64,000 nucleotides of DNA from Octopus vulgaris (lineage: Eukaryota), in NCBI GenBank assembly GCA_951406725.2, contig OX597814.1, positions 68,510,001 through 68,574,000 of the forward strand, in the 5' to 3' direction. This document shows, one piece after another, positions 23,230-41,128 of this stretch (within the stretch, counting starts at the first letter, position 1; every line of letters starts with the position of its first letter). Both the position numbers and the translations under genes were made by a program. Under the pieces are notes generated by a model. The model was given only the letters and a program-made list of their open reading frames with translations. It made no database searches and was not told where the DNA came from.

Positions 23230-25047
23230 GAAGACTTAATTCTGTAAGTACAACGGATGAAGAAAGTTTTCATCTGAGATTGTTATTGTTACATGTTAAA
23301 GGAGGTTGTAATTTTGATGGTTTTAAGCCAGTTGATTGTATACTATATAACATGAAATTGCATATCAAAAGAACTTTCTGAAGAATGGTGATGAATGGAG
23401 GAGATGCTTGAGAGAAGCAGCCGTTGTTTAGTTGCCTGCTCAGCTGGGGCAATTATTTGCTCTAATCTGTATTTCAATACTCCTAATTACCCTGCAAGAT
23501 TCTTTGAAGACAGCATCATTGAAGACTATGCCAGAACAAATACAAGAGAAGGTGCTATGCAGAGAGCATTACAAGATATAGCTTCAATTCTCTTCTTACG
23601 TGGTTTATACTCTCTATACTTATACTTGCCTATAACACACATCCAGATCGTTAGAGAAAATATTGAAAATGCCAATACAAATACTGCTTAGACTGAGAGG
23701 CGCATAGCAACTCGAAATAAAAAAGCAACGTGAAATATTTGAACACATTCATGATAGAGAGGACAATTTTTTTCTTTTTGTGGTTCAGGCAAAACTTATC
23801 TCTACAACACGTTGAATATTCAATTAATTAGCCTGAACAAAACTTCCTCTCTTATGCCACTACAGGAATAGCTGCAGATTTACTTGTTGAAGAAAGAACA
23901 ATCCACATTGGATTGAAACTTCCTGTTCCAAAAGTTGAAAACTCAACACCACAAGTGACAATAATTTTGAAAGCCCTACAAAAAGAGAAGCTGTTTCTTT
24001 AATAATAATTAAATAATGCACTTGATACCCTGTTGCCGGAAATTATGCATTCAGATAACATATTTAGTAGCAAAGTTATCTTTTGGGTGGTGACTTTCGC
24101 CATACTTGCAATAGTTACACCTAGAGGCTCAAATTTTGCACTTTTAGAGTCTTGCATAAAAAAACGTCCAACCTGTGGAGATTTTTGTTACGAAACTAAG
24201 CCTTACCGAAAATGTGCACATTAGAAGACAAGGAGATTACTCACGATGGCTGATTCGAATCCCAGATTACATGGTATCTTCAGGAGATACATGGAACATA
24301 TTTGATGATTTTAAGGCAGTTGATGGTATGCTATATAACAGATACCATGAAACTACACATCAAAGGAATTTACTGAAGATCACATGGAAGATCTTTCTCC
24401 AAAGATTATTCTCGGTCCATAAATTCGAAGATACCTTGAAAGTAAATGAATCTATTCTTACATTATTTCTAGGGAAATCAAAGAGTTTTCCAGGGTGGAG
24501 GTTATTTCTTTAGAAGATGGTGTCGCTGCTATTAATGTTCCAGTTGAATTTTTGAATTTTCTAATTCCCTCAGGAATGCCAGCACACAAGCTGAATGAAA
24601 CTCAAGATTGGATACATTGCCATGCTACTACTGCGTAATTGGCACACTCAGACAGGGTTTCTGAATGGTACCTAGTTGTTGGTAATGCCTCTGCACGATC
24701 TCCCTATTCATGGAAAGATACTAAATAGAAGTTAGAAAAGAAAGGTGTTTATCCCTAGGAGGAACTTCTCACCAAATGATACATATATGCCTTTTGTAAT
24801 GAATAGAAGACACTTTCGTGTAATACCTGCATTTGCCATGACCATAAATAAATCACAAGGACAATCATTTAATCAAGTTGGTGTTTACTTACCTTCTCTT
24901 GCATCTAGTCATGGGAAGCTATTTGCTGCTTTAAGCAGGATAAAAAGCCGGATGAATCTTATGATGCTCATAAATAACGATGAAAAACTGGAAAATCGTT
25001 ATGGAAATCGCAGTTTCACTATGAATATTGCAATAAAAAAGGTTTGA
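23230..25047 (+). pseudogene. Helitron RepHel pseudogene, Pif1-type helicase part
   Basis: LRLLLLHVKG; Walker A GSGKTYLYN; PSGMPAHKL; IPAFAMTINKSQGQSFNQVGVYL...SHGKLFAALSR. Confidence 0.92.
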
Positions 25048-26854
25048 AATAGTAATAATTACATGTTAATATATATATCCGTGTTCACAACATGCATATG
25101 TAAGCATAAATAGTCTCAGAATGTGAGTTTCCTCAGTGATTCATTAACCAGTACGGGATTACACATGCACGTCTTTTAATGTCTTCTAAATACTGTAAAT
25201 ACAGCATTATCATTTTAAATTAAATTTTTATAGTTATCATTGAATCATTCAATATTGTAAGAAAATGATCAGTAAAAAAGCCGTCTTTTTTTTAAAGAAC
25301 TAGTGACAATATACTTTATAAATATATCACTGTAAACAATTATTTTTGGCAGACAGATGGCGTTGTCACATTTAAAAAATTGTTGAAAATATTTTTCGTT
25401 TTAAAATAAAGACTGCAAAGTCTTTACGCAAGAAATTTATCAGTTGTTTCTTTCTATGTTTTGGTGTGCTATTTTCTATCATTAATAAAAATGTCGGCAT
25501 TTTTGGCAACACGGGCACACTATATATATATAATGGGTGCCTATGATTTAGGTATGGGGATACTTCGGCTGCTATTTTTAGCATATCGATCGACCAGGTA
25601 GAGGCTCTTTCATTGGTTCGATTGCGTGATAAGATCTTTTTTTCACACATATATGTATCAAAAGGGGTGATTTTCAGTTTAAATTCTTTTGTTGTCGAAC
25701 ACTCATCGTTTTGTCAATGGACCCGGAAGTTGTTGTTCGTAAACAGCAGCAGTAATTTTCTTCAGCTGAATACAAGTCATTGATTGGTTAAAATTACCCA
25801 AATACGACAACTTTAACACGAAATAGCTTTTAAAATACAAAATGTTGTCAAAAACGTTCAGAGTAAACCCTGTTCTATGTGATACATTCTACCAGTATCC
25901 TAAGTTTCAAATTGTCAAAAAAATAATAATTAAAAAATCTGTCCGTCAAATGGAAGGGTATTTGAATAATTTACATCCTTAACATGGGAAATTCTCTCAT
26001 TAATATCATTGGGGACTGCTGTTCTTACATTGAGCTTCGGAGAATTTCCACTCGAGCCAAATACACGCTTACCGCTGTAAGCTGTAATCGATAGTATTAA
26101 AACCACAGTAATTTTCGTTTTTATCGTAATCAAGACTTACAGTAGTTTCACATATGTACACTGACCACAACGACGACGTGTGTGCATGTATGAGTGTGTA
26201 TATAATCACAGTTTGTGTCTTTCCGCGTTAGTTACGTTATTAAACATAATCTATGTATGTGAGGGCTAGCCAGTGTCAATACGAAATTTTATTTTCATAA
26301 CGATTAAAACAATATAATATTTCATAGAAATAATCTCTCTATTGTTAACCGGACAATTTATACCACGACGACAGCGACATCGCATATTGCATATGACTGA
26401 GTATCTGTCTGTGAGTGTATGTGTGTAAGTGTATGAGTGTGAATATATCTCATAGTGTGTGTCTTCCCGCGTTAGGTACGTTATTAAACATACATACACA
26501 CATCTACGCATACATATACCTTTGTGATGACTGACATGTCTGAATGTTTGTATGTGAGTTATAGAGGTGAAACTTCTAAACAAATCAATGGGGTGGCAAG
26601 GTTCAAGGTATATATAAAAAATACACATTTACTATTCCATTACCAGCTAATAATTATCGCAGCAGTTGCAAGGTTGCAAGGATGTATTTTAAGGCTAAGT
26701 AGTTATACTGTTTACGTTTGCGTAACTGAGATATTTTAGTTGGATTATATGATTATCGGTATTACACTTCTTTCTATATTCTGTGTCACAACATAGAAAC
26801 ATTTCTCATAGCACCAGCACACAATTTACAGATGCTTACATTTTTCTATATGTT

Positions 26855-26881
26855 CCGTGAAGTTTTCACGGGTCCAGCTAG
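26855..26881 (+). other. Helitron 3' terminus (hairpin plus CTAG)
   Basis: CCGTGAA-gtt-TTCACGG hairpin, 6 nt, then CTAG followed by T. Confidence 0.7.
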
Positions 26882-27027
<146 letters not shown>

Positions 27028-27028
27028 A

Positions 27029-27240
27029 AGGCGGCGAGCTGGCAGAATCGTTAGTGCGCTGGATGAAAAGCTTATCGGTATTTCGCCCATCACTACGTTC
27101 TGTCTTCAAATTCCGCCGATGGGGGCCGTTGTATTTTATCCTTTCGGGATCAACAAAATAAGAACCGGTCGAATGCTGGGGTCGATATAGTTGATTACTT
27201 CCCACCCCAAAATTTCACGCCTTGTGCCTATAGTAGAAAT
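27029..27240 (+). mobile_element. tRNA-headed SINE (GGCGGCGAGCTGG family, tail type 2)
   Basis: Same head as 1991 and 32650; tail CCCCAAAATTTC...CCTTGTGCCTATAGTAGAAA. Confidence 0.85.
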
Positions 27241-27257
27241 AATAATAATTATTATTA

Positions 27258-28001
27258 TCTACCTATATAAAAGAGGAAAAAACTTGCACACTTTGACTTT
27301 GGTAAGGATTCAATAGCACTAGACGTGCTAGGATCGAGCTGAAAATGTACACACTTATAGAAGGCATCGTGTAGTTACGGCCAGAGTAGGTTTCAAGACT
27401 CTATCTCGATAACAAAGGCCTGAAACAATGCATTTTCTGCGAGTGAGTGGATGTCATACACTATTGCCTTGAGTTGTGTTCACGCAACATGTTGGATTCT
27501 ACGCGTGACTGCGCGTGTTTGGGCGAATGCAACGGAAAAATGGGGCGAAAACACGTCCAATTTTTGAGTTTTTCAAAAAACAAAATATGAGCATATACGT
27601 AGAAAAATTTCCTATCTATATATATAAAGCTGAAGTTGTCTGTGTAATGGCAGGTTTGGTAGCCTTCAACTAACACTATCTCCTCCGAGACCCTGCGACG
27701 CAAGTTGACCAAAATTGAGAGTATGATAGAAGAAGGCTTGCTCTTCCTTCCTTAGAAGAAAAAATTCAAATCAAACCATGTTAACACCAAAAATTATTTA
27801 CATCAAAAAGGTGCTTTTTTTCTATGAAAATCCCTATTTTTACGATTTTTTGACTGTTGTGTCGCCGTTTTTCGGTGTATTTCAGCCAGAAAAATGTTCA
27901 TTTAAAGAGAATAAGCTACATCATGCAATTTTTTTACTTTTCAAAAATTCCAATTCTAAAGGGTCGAAACAAACTCGAGCAATGCCGGGCGATACTGCTA
28001 G
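27258..28001 (+). mobile_element. Non-autonomous Helitron, composite with two 5' ends
   Basis: A|TCTACCTATATAAAG at 27258 and A|TCTATATATATAAAG at 27615; imperfect 3' hairpin CTCGAGCAATGCCGGG then CTAG|T at 28001. Confidence 0.75.
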
Positions 28002-28007
28002 TTATTA

Positions 28008-32188
<4,181 letters not shown>

Positions 32189-33790
32189 TCAATATTTGGT
32201 AATTTCAGGCAAATTTCTACAGCATCACCTGCTACACCACCGTGCTCTGTAGAGGTGTGTGCAACATAGTGTGTTCTTTGTTGTTGTTGAGTGTGAAACC
32301 TCTCCCCTGTATTGTATTACATCAGTTTCTGTTTTTATGGGGTGTAGGACAGTCTTTTGTTGTATTAGTGTCTGTATTGTGTGTGTTGTGTGTAATGCGT
32401 TGGGTAATTGGCCTACTGTTAGTAGTTTATTTTATTGGGTATTTTGCTATATAGAGTGTACTTTGCGTTTCTGGATTGTTTTATTATTGAATTGATAGTG
32501 TACTGTGTAGGATGTTGGCTGTTCCTAGCAGGGCTATATTTTGGATAGTGTGTTGTGTTTAAGATTCAGGTATGGCTTCTACATTTTGGTTCATGTTCTT
32601 TTTTATCATGCTTAATGCTCCAGTTATTACTGGCATTATTTTCACCTTCAAGGTGGCGAGCTGGCAGAAACGTTAGCACGCCGGGCGAAATGCTTAGCGG
32701 TATTTCGTCTCTCTTTACGGTCTGAGTCCAAATTCTGCCGAGGTCAGCTGTGCCTTTCATCCTTTCGGGGTCGATAAACTAAGGACTTGTTGACTAGTGG
32801 GGTCGATCTTATCGACTGGTCCCCCTCTCCAAAAATTTTGGGCAATGTGCCTAGAGTAGAAAATATTATTTTCACCTTCTTACCCCACATATTGAAGACT
32901 GCAATTTCGAGGTCTTTGTACAATTTCTTCACTTCTTTTTGAATAATATTTTGGTCAGTAGGGAGTGCAATGTCTATCAGTATGCAGGTCTTTTTTTTCC
33001 AATCCCTAACTATTATGCCTGGGTGATTAGCTTTTATTTCTTTGCCAGTTTGAACAGGCATATCCCAGATTATTGTGGCCTGGTTGTTGTTTTGGACTTT
33101 GTTTGGCCCATGTTTATATCATTTATTGTCAGTTTTTATGTTATAATGTTGGCATATTTACCAGTGGATATGAATACTTGCTCGTTCGTATCTGTATATG
33201 TATTTAGATTTGGCAAGGACTGGACAGCCTGTGATGATGTGATCAACTGTCGTGTTTGCACATTCTGCATTTGGTTTTCGGGCTTGTTTTCATTATTTTG
33301 TTTTTATAGTTGTTCGTAGTCAGACATTTGTCTTGTGCAACAAGAATTAATCATTCTTTTCTGCTTTTAGTCCAGAGCTTTTGAGCCATTGTTGGCTTTT
33401 ACTTAAACTCACTTCTTCTTTGTCAAATTTTGCAGGGTATTGGCCACGGTGGGATTTTTCTCTATTTCATCTTTAATGTGTGTTGTAGTTGTGTTTCCAT
33501 ATTATTTTTTGTCTCATTTATATTTTGCCGCTTCCTTGTATATAGAGAACAACGTTTTCTTTTTCTCATGTTGTTTTATTACACGTATTAGTCTTCTACT
33601 TTTTGATTCTAAGTACTTTTCTTGTTCAATTGTTATTTTATAATAGTTCTTTATCTGTATCTGAGCGGGTTAGCCACATTCTGTCTGCGTCTGCTTTGGG
33701 ATGGTGACTTCCTTATGCAGTTAATAATTTTCTGGTTTTTCTAAGTTCCTCAGTTTTTTCTAAGTTCTTCCAGTTTATTATGTTGAAGCT
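32189..33790 (-). mobile_element. 5'-truncated R4/Dong-type LINE (zinc knuckle plus RLE)
   Basis: IKANHPGIIVRDWKKKTCILIDIALPTDQNIIQKEVKK(L)YKDLEIAV is an RLE; upstream CRMCK...HIITGCP. Confidence 0.8.
32650..32864 (+). mobile_element. tRNA-headed SINE with 15-bp TSD inserted in a LINE
   Basis: TSD ATTATTTTCACCTTC at 32635-32649 and 32865-32879. Confidence 0.92.
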
Positions 33791-34005
33791 GAATCATTGG
33801 CACGTCGGGCAAATTGCTTAGCAGCATTTCGTCCGTTTTTACATTCTTATTTCAAGTTCCGCCTGGCCTGCGTATATCGATTTTACTTCTCATTCTTTTG
33901 ATGTCGATAAATAAAACACCAGTAATGTACTGATGTTCGTGCAATCATCTACCTGCTCCGCCTAAAAATGCTGGCCTTGTGTCAAATTTTAAAGCTACTA
34001 TTATT
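33790..34005 (+). mobile_element. Degenerate SINE of the same family
   Basis: GAATCATTGGCACGTCGGGCAAATTGCTTAGC...GCTGGCCTTGTGTCAAATTT. Confidence 0.7.
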
Positions 34006-34229
34006 ATTAATTGTCTACATTTATTACTGTATTATTTTATGAGAAATAGGTTTTGTGCCATAAACTATAAAAGGATTTCAGATTACGTGGAGTTTAAGAC
34101 GATTTTTTCTAAATGTTATTTTAATGTTGCTTATAAGGTGATAAATTGCCATTTGCTTCGTGGTTATTATTTGAAAATATATATCTCTATTATGTTGTGT
34201 AACTCAAGGTTAGTTCAATGTCACTGAAG

Positions 34230-35900
34230 CAGTCAACTGTCTAACTTCTCTGTTATTCCATGTCTTGCTTGGTCGTGTCCATACTGCTCACTTTTATATG
34301 CCGTGATCAGTCCGTCCATTTCAAAATGCCCGCAAATTCTAGTGGTGGCCACCAGTTAGGCGAAGCGCGAAAGGTGAATTTGGTTGACGTCCGATAGTGG
34401 CTCTTATACTACACCTAACGGTAACGTACAGTATTTGGAGTCACTAAGGCCAGTGATTTTGCAAATATTTCCTAGGCTGAATGTGTGAGATAGCATTTTT
34501 AGGAGGTTGCTGTAGTGGTGATGCAGAATGTTATATATATGCCCATATGCTTAGTGCAGTTAGCGGGGAAGGAGTATAACGAAGTATTCAACACCAGATT
34601 CATTTACTTTAAACCTCTAGTGAAAGGGATAATTGAAGTGTAGCAATAAATAGGTTCCTCGTATTTCCAGATTATCTTCCCTATTTAGAAATTCTATCTT
34701 CAGTCCCTGGAGTACATACTTTTTTGCTATGAGGGTTGGTTACGTTTGGTTTTCTCGTGTATTTTTACAAAGGACTCACTGAATTTGGTAAGTACTACCT
34801 TCCATTTTTTGTTGTAGATATGATTTAAATATAGTTGGGGTATTTGTGAATTAATGTCTGGATGGTAGCGTAAAGATAAGAGTGTAATGCTATTTGCTTA
34901 TGATGTTATGTATATGCTTTGTGGCAGTATGAGAAGTCATGCAGTTATAAGCTAAAAACAGGGTGAGGGAATGACTTTTTGTTGCACTCCATTAGGGAAA
35001 TTATGTTCCAGAAATATCGTTCTTCTGCAATGCATAGGCTTGATAGCCGAGGAGCGTGTATTTTTTCTTAAGGAATTTTTGAGGATTTTGGTTTGAGTGA
35101 ATAAAAGGAGTGACAAAAAGCTCAGTGATGTCGATGGTGGTTAGAATGGTACTTGTGGAAGGTTTTGTTGTTAAAGCCCTTGTGTATTTTCTACGACAGC
35201 TGAATGTAAGAGACTGAAGAGTAAGAGACTGATTTGAAGAGTTAGATGCGTAAATTACTGAGTTTAAGAATTAGCTTTTTTAGGATGTGCATAAAAAGGG
35301 GATAAATTTGTGAAAGTTTACCCGTGTTTTTTTTTCTTTGTTTAGCATTTAAAATTGTTATAATCTGCCTAGCTTCCAGATTCTGAGTACTTAACAGTAT
35401 TGGTGAATGTACTTCAAGTTTTTAGGTTTCTTTATTGGCTATTGAATGAATAATAGAAGGAAGCGATGAGAATCGCATTCTCTGTGGAAGGTGCATATTC
35501 TTTAATTTTGATATTTTTCCGTCTTTGTGTAACGATTTTGTGGTTGATTTGCGAGATCTGTTAAAAAAGTTTGCTTGGTATTGCATTGTGAGTATGTTAT
35601 ATTGGGTTGTTTTTGTGACAAGAAGAATATTGTAATAGATAAGAGAAATATTGTGTAACTTGAGATGTAAATTGAATACAGCGAAGCATAAAATTATAAA
35701 CTGCAGGTGAAGACTTCGGCAATAGTCCATCAAAAGCTATAGGTGTGTCATACATTAGATGTACTGACAAAAAAATTCAGCTGTTCCAGATTGCAGTCTG
35801 AAATGCCCGAAATGGAAATGCTTAGAGTCATAGGGTGCTGTGTTCCTATACTGTTAGAGGCTTTTATTGCGTTTTCACCCCCTTATAAATGTATACCTGT
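34230..35900 (-). mobile_element. Highly decayed LINE RT remnant (jockey/I-group-like)
   Basis: Minus-strand traces TIDITELFVT (cf. DISKAFDTV), FPNGVQQ..SP (cf. GVPQGSxLSP), ITS*ANSITL (cf. YADDI). Confidence 0.5.
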
Positions 35901-35999
35901 AACCAATAAAGAAATTATTATCATAATAGTTTAATTATAATCATTTTCATTATTTGAAGAAGGGAAATTCACGATATTTTTATCACTCCGTAGAATTGA

Positions 36000-37220
36000 T
36001 ACATTTATTCTCAATACTACACGTAAACAATCGTGTGGTGCTGAAACTATTTGATAGCAGATAGAAAGACTTCAATTTTCACGAATACAAAGCTGTAGAG
36101 TTCTTATACAACCAGAAAAGTATTTTAAAATATCGACTGTAAGATTGCAAAAATATGTAGCACAGAATTATAGAAAATTAAGACAAACAGCTACGAAACG
36201 TAAAAAGATACTATTTACTATATTTGAGGAATCCAACAAATACAAAACAGAAGCTGCAATAACAGATAACGAGGAAGAAAATTGTGAAACAACACCAGAA
36301 ATAGTGAAACATCTCAAATTTAAACAAAATTACAAAAATATGCCGCAAAAGCCCATGTAGAATCAATACTGGAAAAAGTTGAATAGAGTAGAAACAGGCA
36401 AAGAAAAATCCCAACACTTGCAGAAAGCGCAGGATTCAAAATAGGGACTGTATGTTACACGACTGAAGTTTAAAAAGTAAAGACTGAAGGTTACGCGAGG
36501 ACCAAAGCTAAGCTATAACGAATCACTATACAGTAAGTCAGAATATACGGAGATGGTGGAAAAACATTCAGCCAAATTTCTTCAGGCTACCCTGTCATGA
36601 GCAAGAAAGAATACATATATAGACACGATAGAGTTGGGATTCACATACTCTAGAGTTTATGCAAGCACTATGAAATGCCAATAGAAAAAATAGTACAGTC
36701 ATATGTCAGAAAATATTTCCGAGAGTAGCAAAACAAAGAGAACCTGAGATGTAACAATACACAGACGGGTAGATTAAAGCAAACCAACCAAATGTTACCA
36801 AGGACGACCAGTCAAGAAATGCTTTCTGAGTGTCAAATCAGTCTCAACAGGTGATAATACATCTCTAAAACAGGTGATAATACATCTCTAAAACAAATAA
36901 AGAAATTACTTGATTATAAAATTCTGGAATGGAAATAATTGAATAGGATCAGAAAATTAAAACAGACATATAACATCAGGTGCTCTGGGAATGATCAAGC
37001 ATTGTGCATAATCAAAACCCTAGGACTCATAAATATGACTAGCTTACGGGAAAATGCACAGCTAGGCTCTGCACACATATTATATAGGCAGGACACTTTC
37101 AATACAGTAAAATGAAAAATAAAAATAAAACAGAATAAAATTCTGCTACTATCCAAGGAACACAAATTTGCGCTCGATAGTCCAGTGAAAGAACGCAATA
37201 TGATAAATGAAAAAATAGTA
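36000..37220 (+). mobile_element. Decayed 3' part of an R4/Dong-type LINE
   Basis: 3' end ATCCAAGGAACACA..TGCGCTCGATAGT..GTGAAAG matches the 3' UTR of the 28084 element; RHDRVG and LGSAHIL motifs. Confidence 0.7.
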
Positions 37221-38749
37221 GTATCAAATTAGACAAAAAGTCAGATATTTCGAGACTTTGGGATTAGTGGGAAAACATTTCACCTACATTATTTATCAGC
37301 AGGATTTAAGATCAGGAAGTAATCAGTAGGAAAAGAGACAGAATATTTATTCCAACGCTTTAACCATTGTGCCAGCTCTCCGAACTAATAATAATAGCAG
37401 CGATAATTTTGGTTTTGGCACAAAGCCACCAATTTTCTCATTTTATGGAAGGAAACCAGTAGATTCCATCTAACCAAAGTAATTGACTAGAACGTAATTT
37501 CATCGAACCGGTGAGATGAAATGGGAAGCTGAAGTTGAACTCGAACGTAAAAACTATAACTATTACTGCGGCGTATTTTGTCCGACACTAACGCTTTTGC
37601 CATACTGATAACGAATATATTGGTGAGATAAAGATAAAAGGAAGGGAAACAAAAGGTTGTAGTTGTAGCAATATTTTACCGATGATGGTGATGGTCTTTA
37701 CAAGAAACTGTAAATATTTTGCTAGAAAAATAAGATAAATATAATAAAAGATTAAATATAAAATAGGAAAGGGAAAGGGGGAAATAGTGATGAAAGAAAT
37801 AGTTGAGGTTGAATGGAAATTATGATTGAAGAAGTGGAGGTTTGGATAAGAGAGAATGGTGAAAATGCTAAACGAGAACGTGAATATGATCAGTAAATTT
37901 AGGACAGACGGGAGATTGGAAGTTATGTGGCGCTAAACAAATGTATAATTAAAATGTGTGCAACTTTTTATAAATGGCGAATTGTGTGGGTGAAAGAAAA
38001 AGAAGTAAACGGGGAAAAAAGTTAAAATAAAATGAAGATATGAAATATTGGGAATTTTGGAGAAAATTAAGCTGCAGAAAACACTGAGATATGGCAATAT
38101 TAGAGGAAAGTGGTGAAATTAAGAAGGAAATTGAAATAAATTATAGTGAAATATAGTGTGACTTGATATGTAAGAAAAAATGACTAAATAAAAAGAAGCA
38201 CTAGAGGCTATGGACTGAAGAATGGCGTCTGTAAAACAGTTTTTAATAGAAAGAGTGATGAAGGTGAAAAAGAGTAATTAAAGTGGAAATGAGGACGTAT
38301 TCAGTAGGAATAATCGATGATATCAAAATGTAGGAACAAAACGCAAATATCTAAGTTATTTTTTCAGTAACAATAAAACAATAAAATAATAATTATGTAA
38401 ATGATAATAATGAGTTTCAAATCTTGGCGCCTACAATTTTGTGGGATGGGGAGCTGGCTGATTACATCGACTCTAGTGTGCAACTTTTACATTTCTTAAC
38501 TATCAAAAATTATGAAAGGTAAATTTGGACTCACCACGTAAAACTGGAAGAAAAGCCGCTAAGCATTTTGTCCGACGCACTAACGATTTTGCTTGTTCAT
38601 GTCTTTGGTAATGATGATGATGATGATGATGATAATGATGACGACGACGATCTTTAGGTAGCCTGAACAGCGAAAGTTCTTTAATCAGCATACTACTAAC
38701 CGTATAACGAAAGTTCAAATAATGACTCATATATATATATATATATGTA

Positions 38750-39400
38750 TTACTTGTTTCACTCATTAGAATGTAGCTATTCTGGGGCATCACTTTAGAG
38801 GATTTTAGTCGAACGAATCGACCCCAGTACTTATTATCTTTTGTAAAGCCTGGTACTTAATCTATCAATTTCGTTTACCGAAATGCTAAGTTACAGGGAC
38901 GTAAACGCACCAACACCGGTTATCGGCGGTTATGGGGGACAAACACACACTCACATTTATATATATTGGTGAAAACGGTAAGATAACAAAAGAAAGAAAG
39001 AGACCTGAATATTAGATGAGATGGGGTTGTGGATTTCCACTTCGGCATCCGAAACTCAGAGATTTATCTTGACTATTGAATAATTGTCACATATTATTTT
39101 ACAGATATATATATATATACATGGCCTGCTCGCTTAGCCAGCGGGGTGGCGTCATTTGAAGGCTAAAACAATGCGAAGTGCATTGTGACCAGCGATGTGT
39201 AGCAACATCTGATAGCCTGGTCGGTCACGGTGATCACGGTGATATATATACATTTATATATACATATACGGGCTTCTTTCAGTTTCTGTCTACCAAATCC
39301 ACTCAAGATTTTGGTCGGCCCGAGACATTTGCCTAAGGTCGGCCCATGACATTTGCCATGCAGTAGGAATGAATCAGGAACTATGTGGTTAGGAAGCAAA
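38750..39400 (-). mobile_element. Major SINE interrupted by other repeat fragments
   Basis: 3' half at 38750-38945 and head at 39265-39400. Confidence 0.75.
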
Positions 39401-39926
39401 CTTTGTATGTATGTATGTGTGTGTGTGTCTGTGATGGTTACAACTCGATTTTAAGCATCAGCATTGCTTTATTACTCTCTTAGATGTAAGTGGCTTTTTA
39501 GTCCTGCTGGAAATCTACATTCTTTTACACAGATGTGATAACAATCGGCGCTTCATGCAGCAGGTGTTCGCAGACCTTAACAATCCACGCTGACACAAGG
39601 AATTTTCCATCCTGGAAATTTTCATTGAATGTTTTGCCTTTATCGGCTATGGTCGACTATAATAAACAATATGTAATAGAGATATTAAAATCAAGTGAGG
39701 CATGTAATTGAAGGTTATTAAACTAACACCCGCGACTTCTTTGCATTCAGTGATGTAGCCTTAGTCTTTTGGGGAAAATGGTAAATGCAAACATAGAGAG
39801 GGGGATTGGTGAAGTGCAAAGGCTTTATATATGTATATATATATATCAGGAACTGAAACATGTTATAATGTATATATAAAAATAAAAAATTGTATAATAC
39901 AGCAGCATTTTCGAACTTCATTTTTT

Positions 39927-39929
<3 letters not shown>

Positions 39930-39974
<45 letters not shown>

Positions 39975-40115
39975 ATGTATGTATGTATGTATGTATATAT
40001 GTATGTATGTATGTATGTATATATGTACGTATATATGCATGTATGTATGTATGTATATATGTACGTATATATGCATGCATGTATGTATGTATGCATGTAT
40101 ATGTGCGTGCGTGTG
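39930..40115. repeat. (TA)n/(TATG)n microsatellite
   Basis: Directly visible. Confidence 0.95.
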
Positions 40116-40549
40116 CATCGAACAATGACAATGAGTGCTCTACACCGCATTGATAAAGATTTTTTTATTTGTGTATTAAGGCTACCATTGGTTTCATAAT
40201 AAGAAATATCTTAGCACTTTTTCAAGCCGTTCACATGGAGAAATTGATGTTCCATATCGTATGTGAGTGTATGTGTGTGTGTGTACAAAATTGAAAAGGA
40301 TTAAAAATCTTGGCGAATGCATTTTTATTATGAAATCAAATATGGTTAACCAAATTGACCAGTGAAAGTCCTTGCAATCCACGTAGGCCGTAAAGTAACA
40401 ATTTGCTATCCGTCCAATTTGTAAATCCAAAGTTCATACAACGAAAAATTGAGTATAAGCTCACAGAATATAGTAGAAAATAGAAAGGAACTATACATTT
40501 TGATCTCACGCAGAGTGGTATAGTTTTCTGAAGGATATGTTGGTGGTAA

Positions 40550-40909
40550 TTCCGACCCCAAGACTTATTCTTTGTAAGCCTAGTACTTATTCTATCGGTC
40601 ACTTTTGGCGAACCGCTAGGTTACGGGGACGTAAACACACCAGCATCGGTTATCAAGTGATGTTGGGGAGCAAACACAGACACACAAACACACACAAACA
40701 AACACTCACACACACGCATATATATATATATATATATATATATGATATCATGGTAATAAAGATTTTAGAAATGTTTACTACTAGTGACCTAGCGTGTAGA
40801 AAAATTGGTCAATAGACCAAAGTCCAAACCCTTTGGCTGTTCTTACTAGCGTGCCAGGAATCCTATGACGGATACCTTTTATGTGTTTTAATGTACACTG
40901 TATATATAT

Positions 40910-40956
<47 letters not shown>

Positions 40957-41128
40957 CGTGAGTGTGTACGACGGGCTTCTTTCAGTTTCGGTCTACCAAA
41001 TCCACTCACAAAGCTTTGGTCGGTCCAAGGGTATAGTAGAAGACACTTGCCGAAGACGCCTCACAGTGGGACTGAACCCGAAACCATGTGGTTGGTAAGC
41101 AAGCTACTTACCACACAGTCACTCCTGT
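40550..41128 (-). mobile_element. Major SINE with an insertion in its internal microsatellite
   Basis: Body 40550-40700, head 40967-41128; the insert 40745-40900 resembles 62800-62890. Confidence 0.8.

Noticed and set aside
25360-26000. Repeat-like segment between the Helitron helicase and its 3' end
   Set aside because: Could not define termini or family; may be captured sequence or a nested DNA element.
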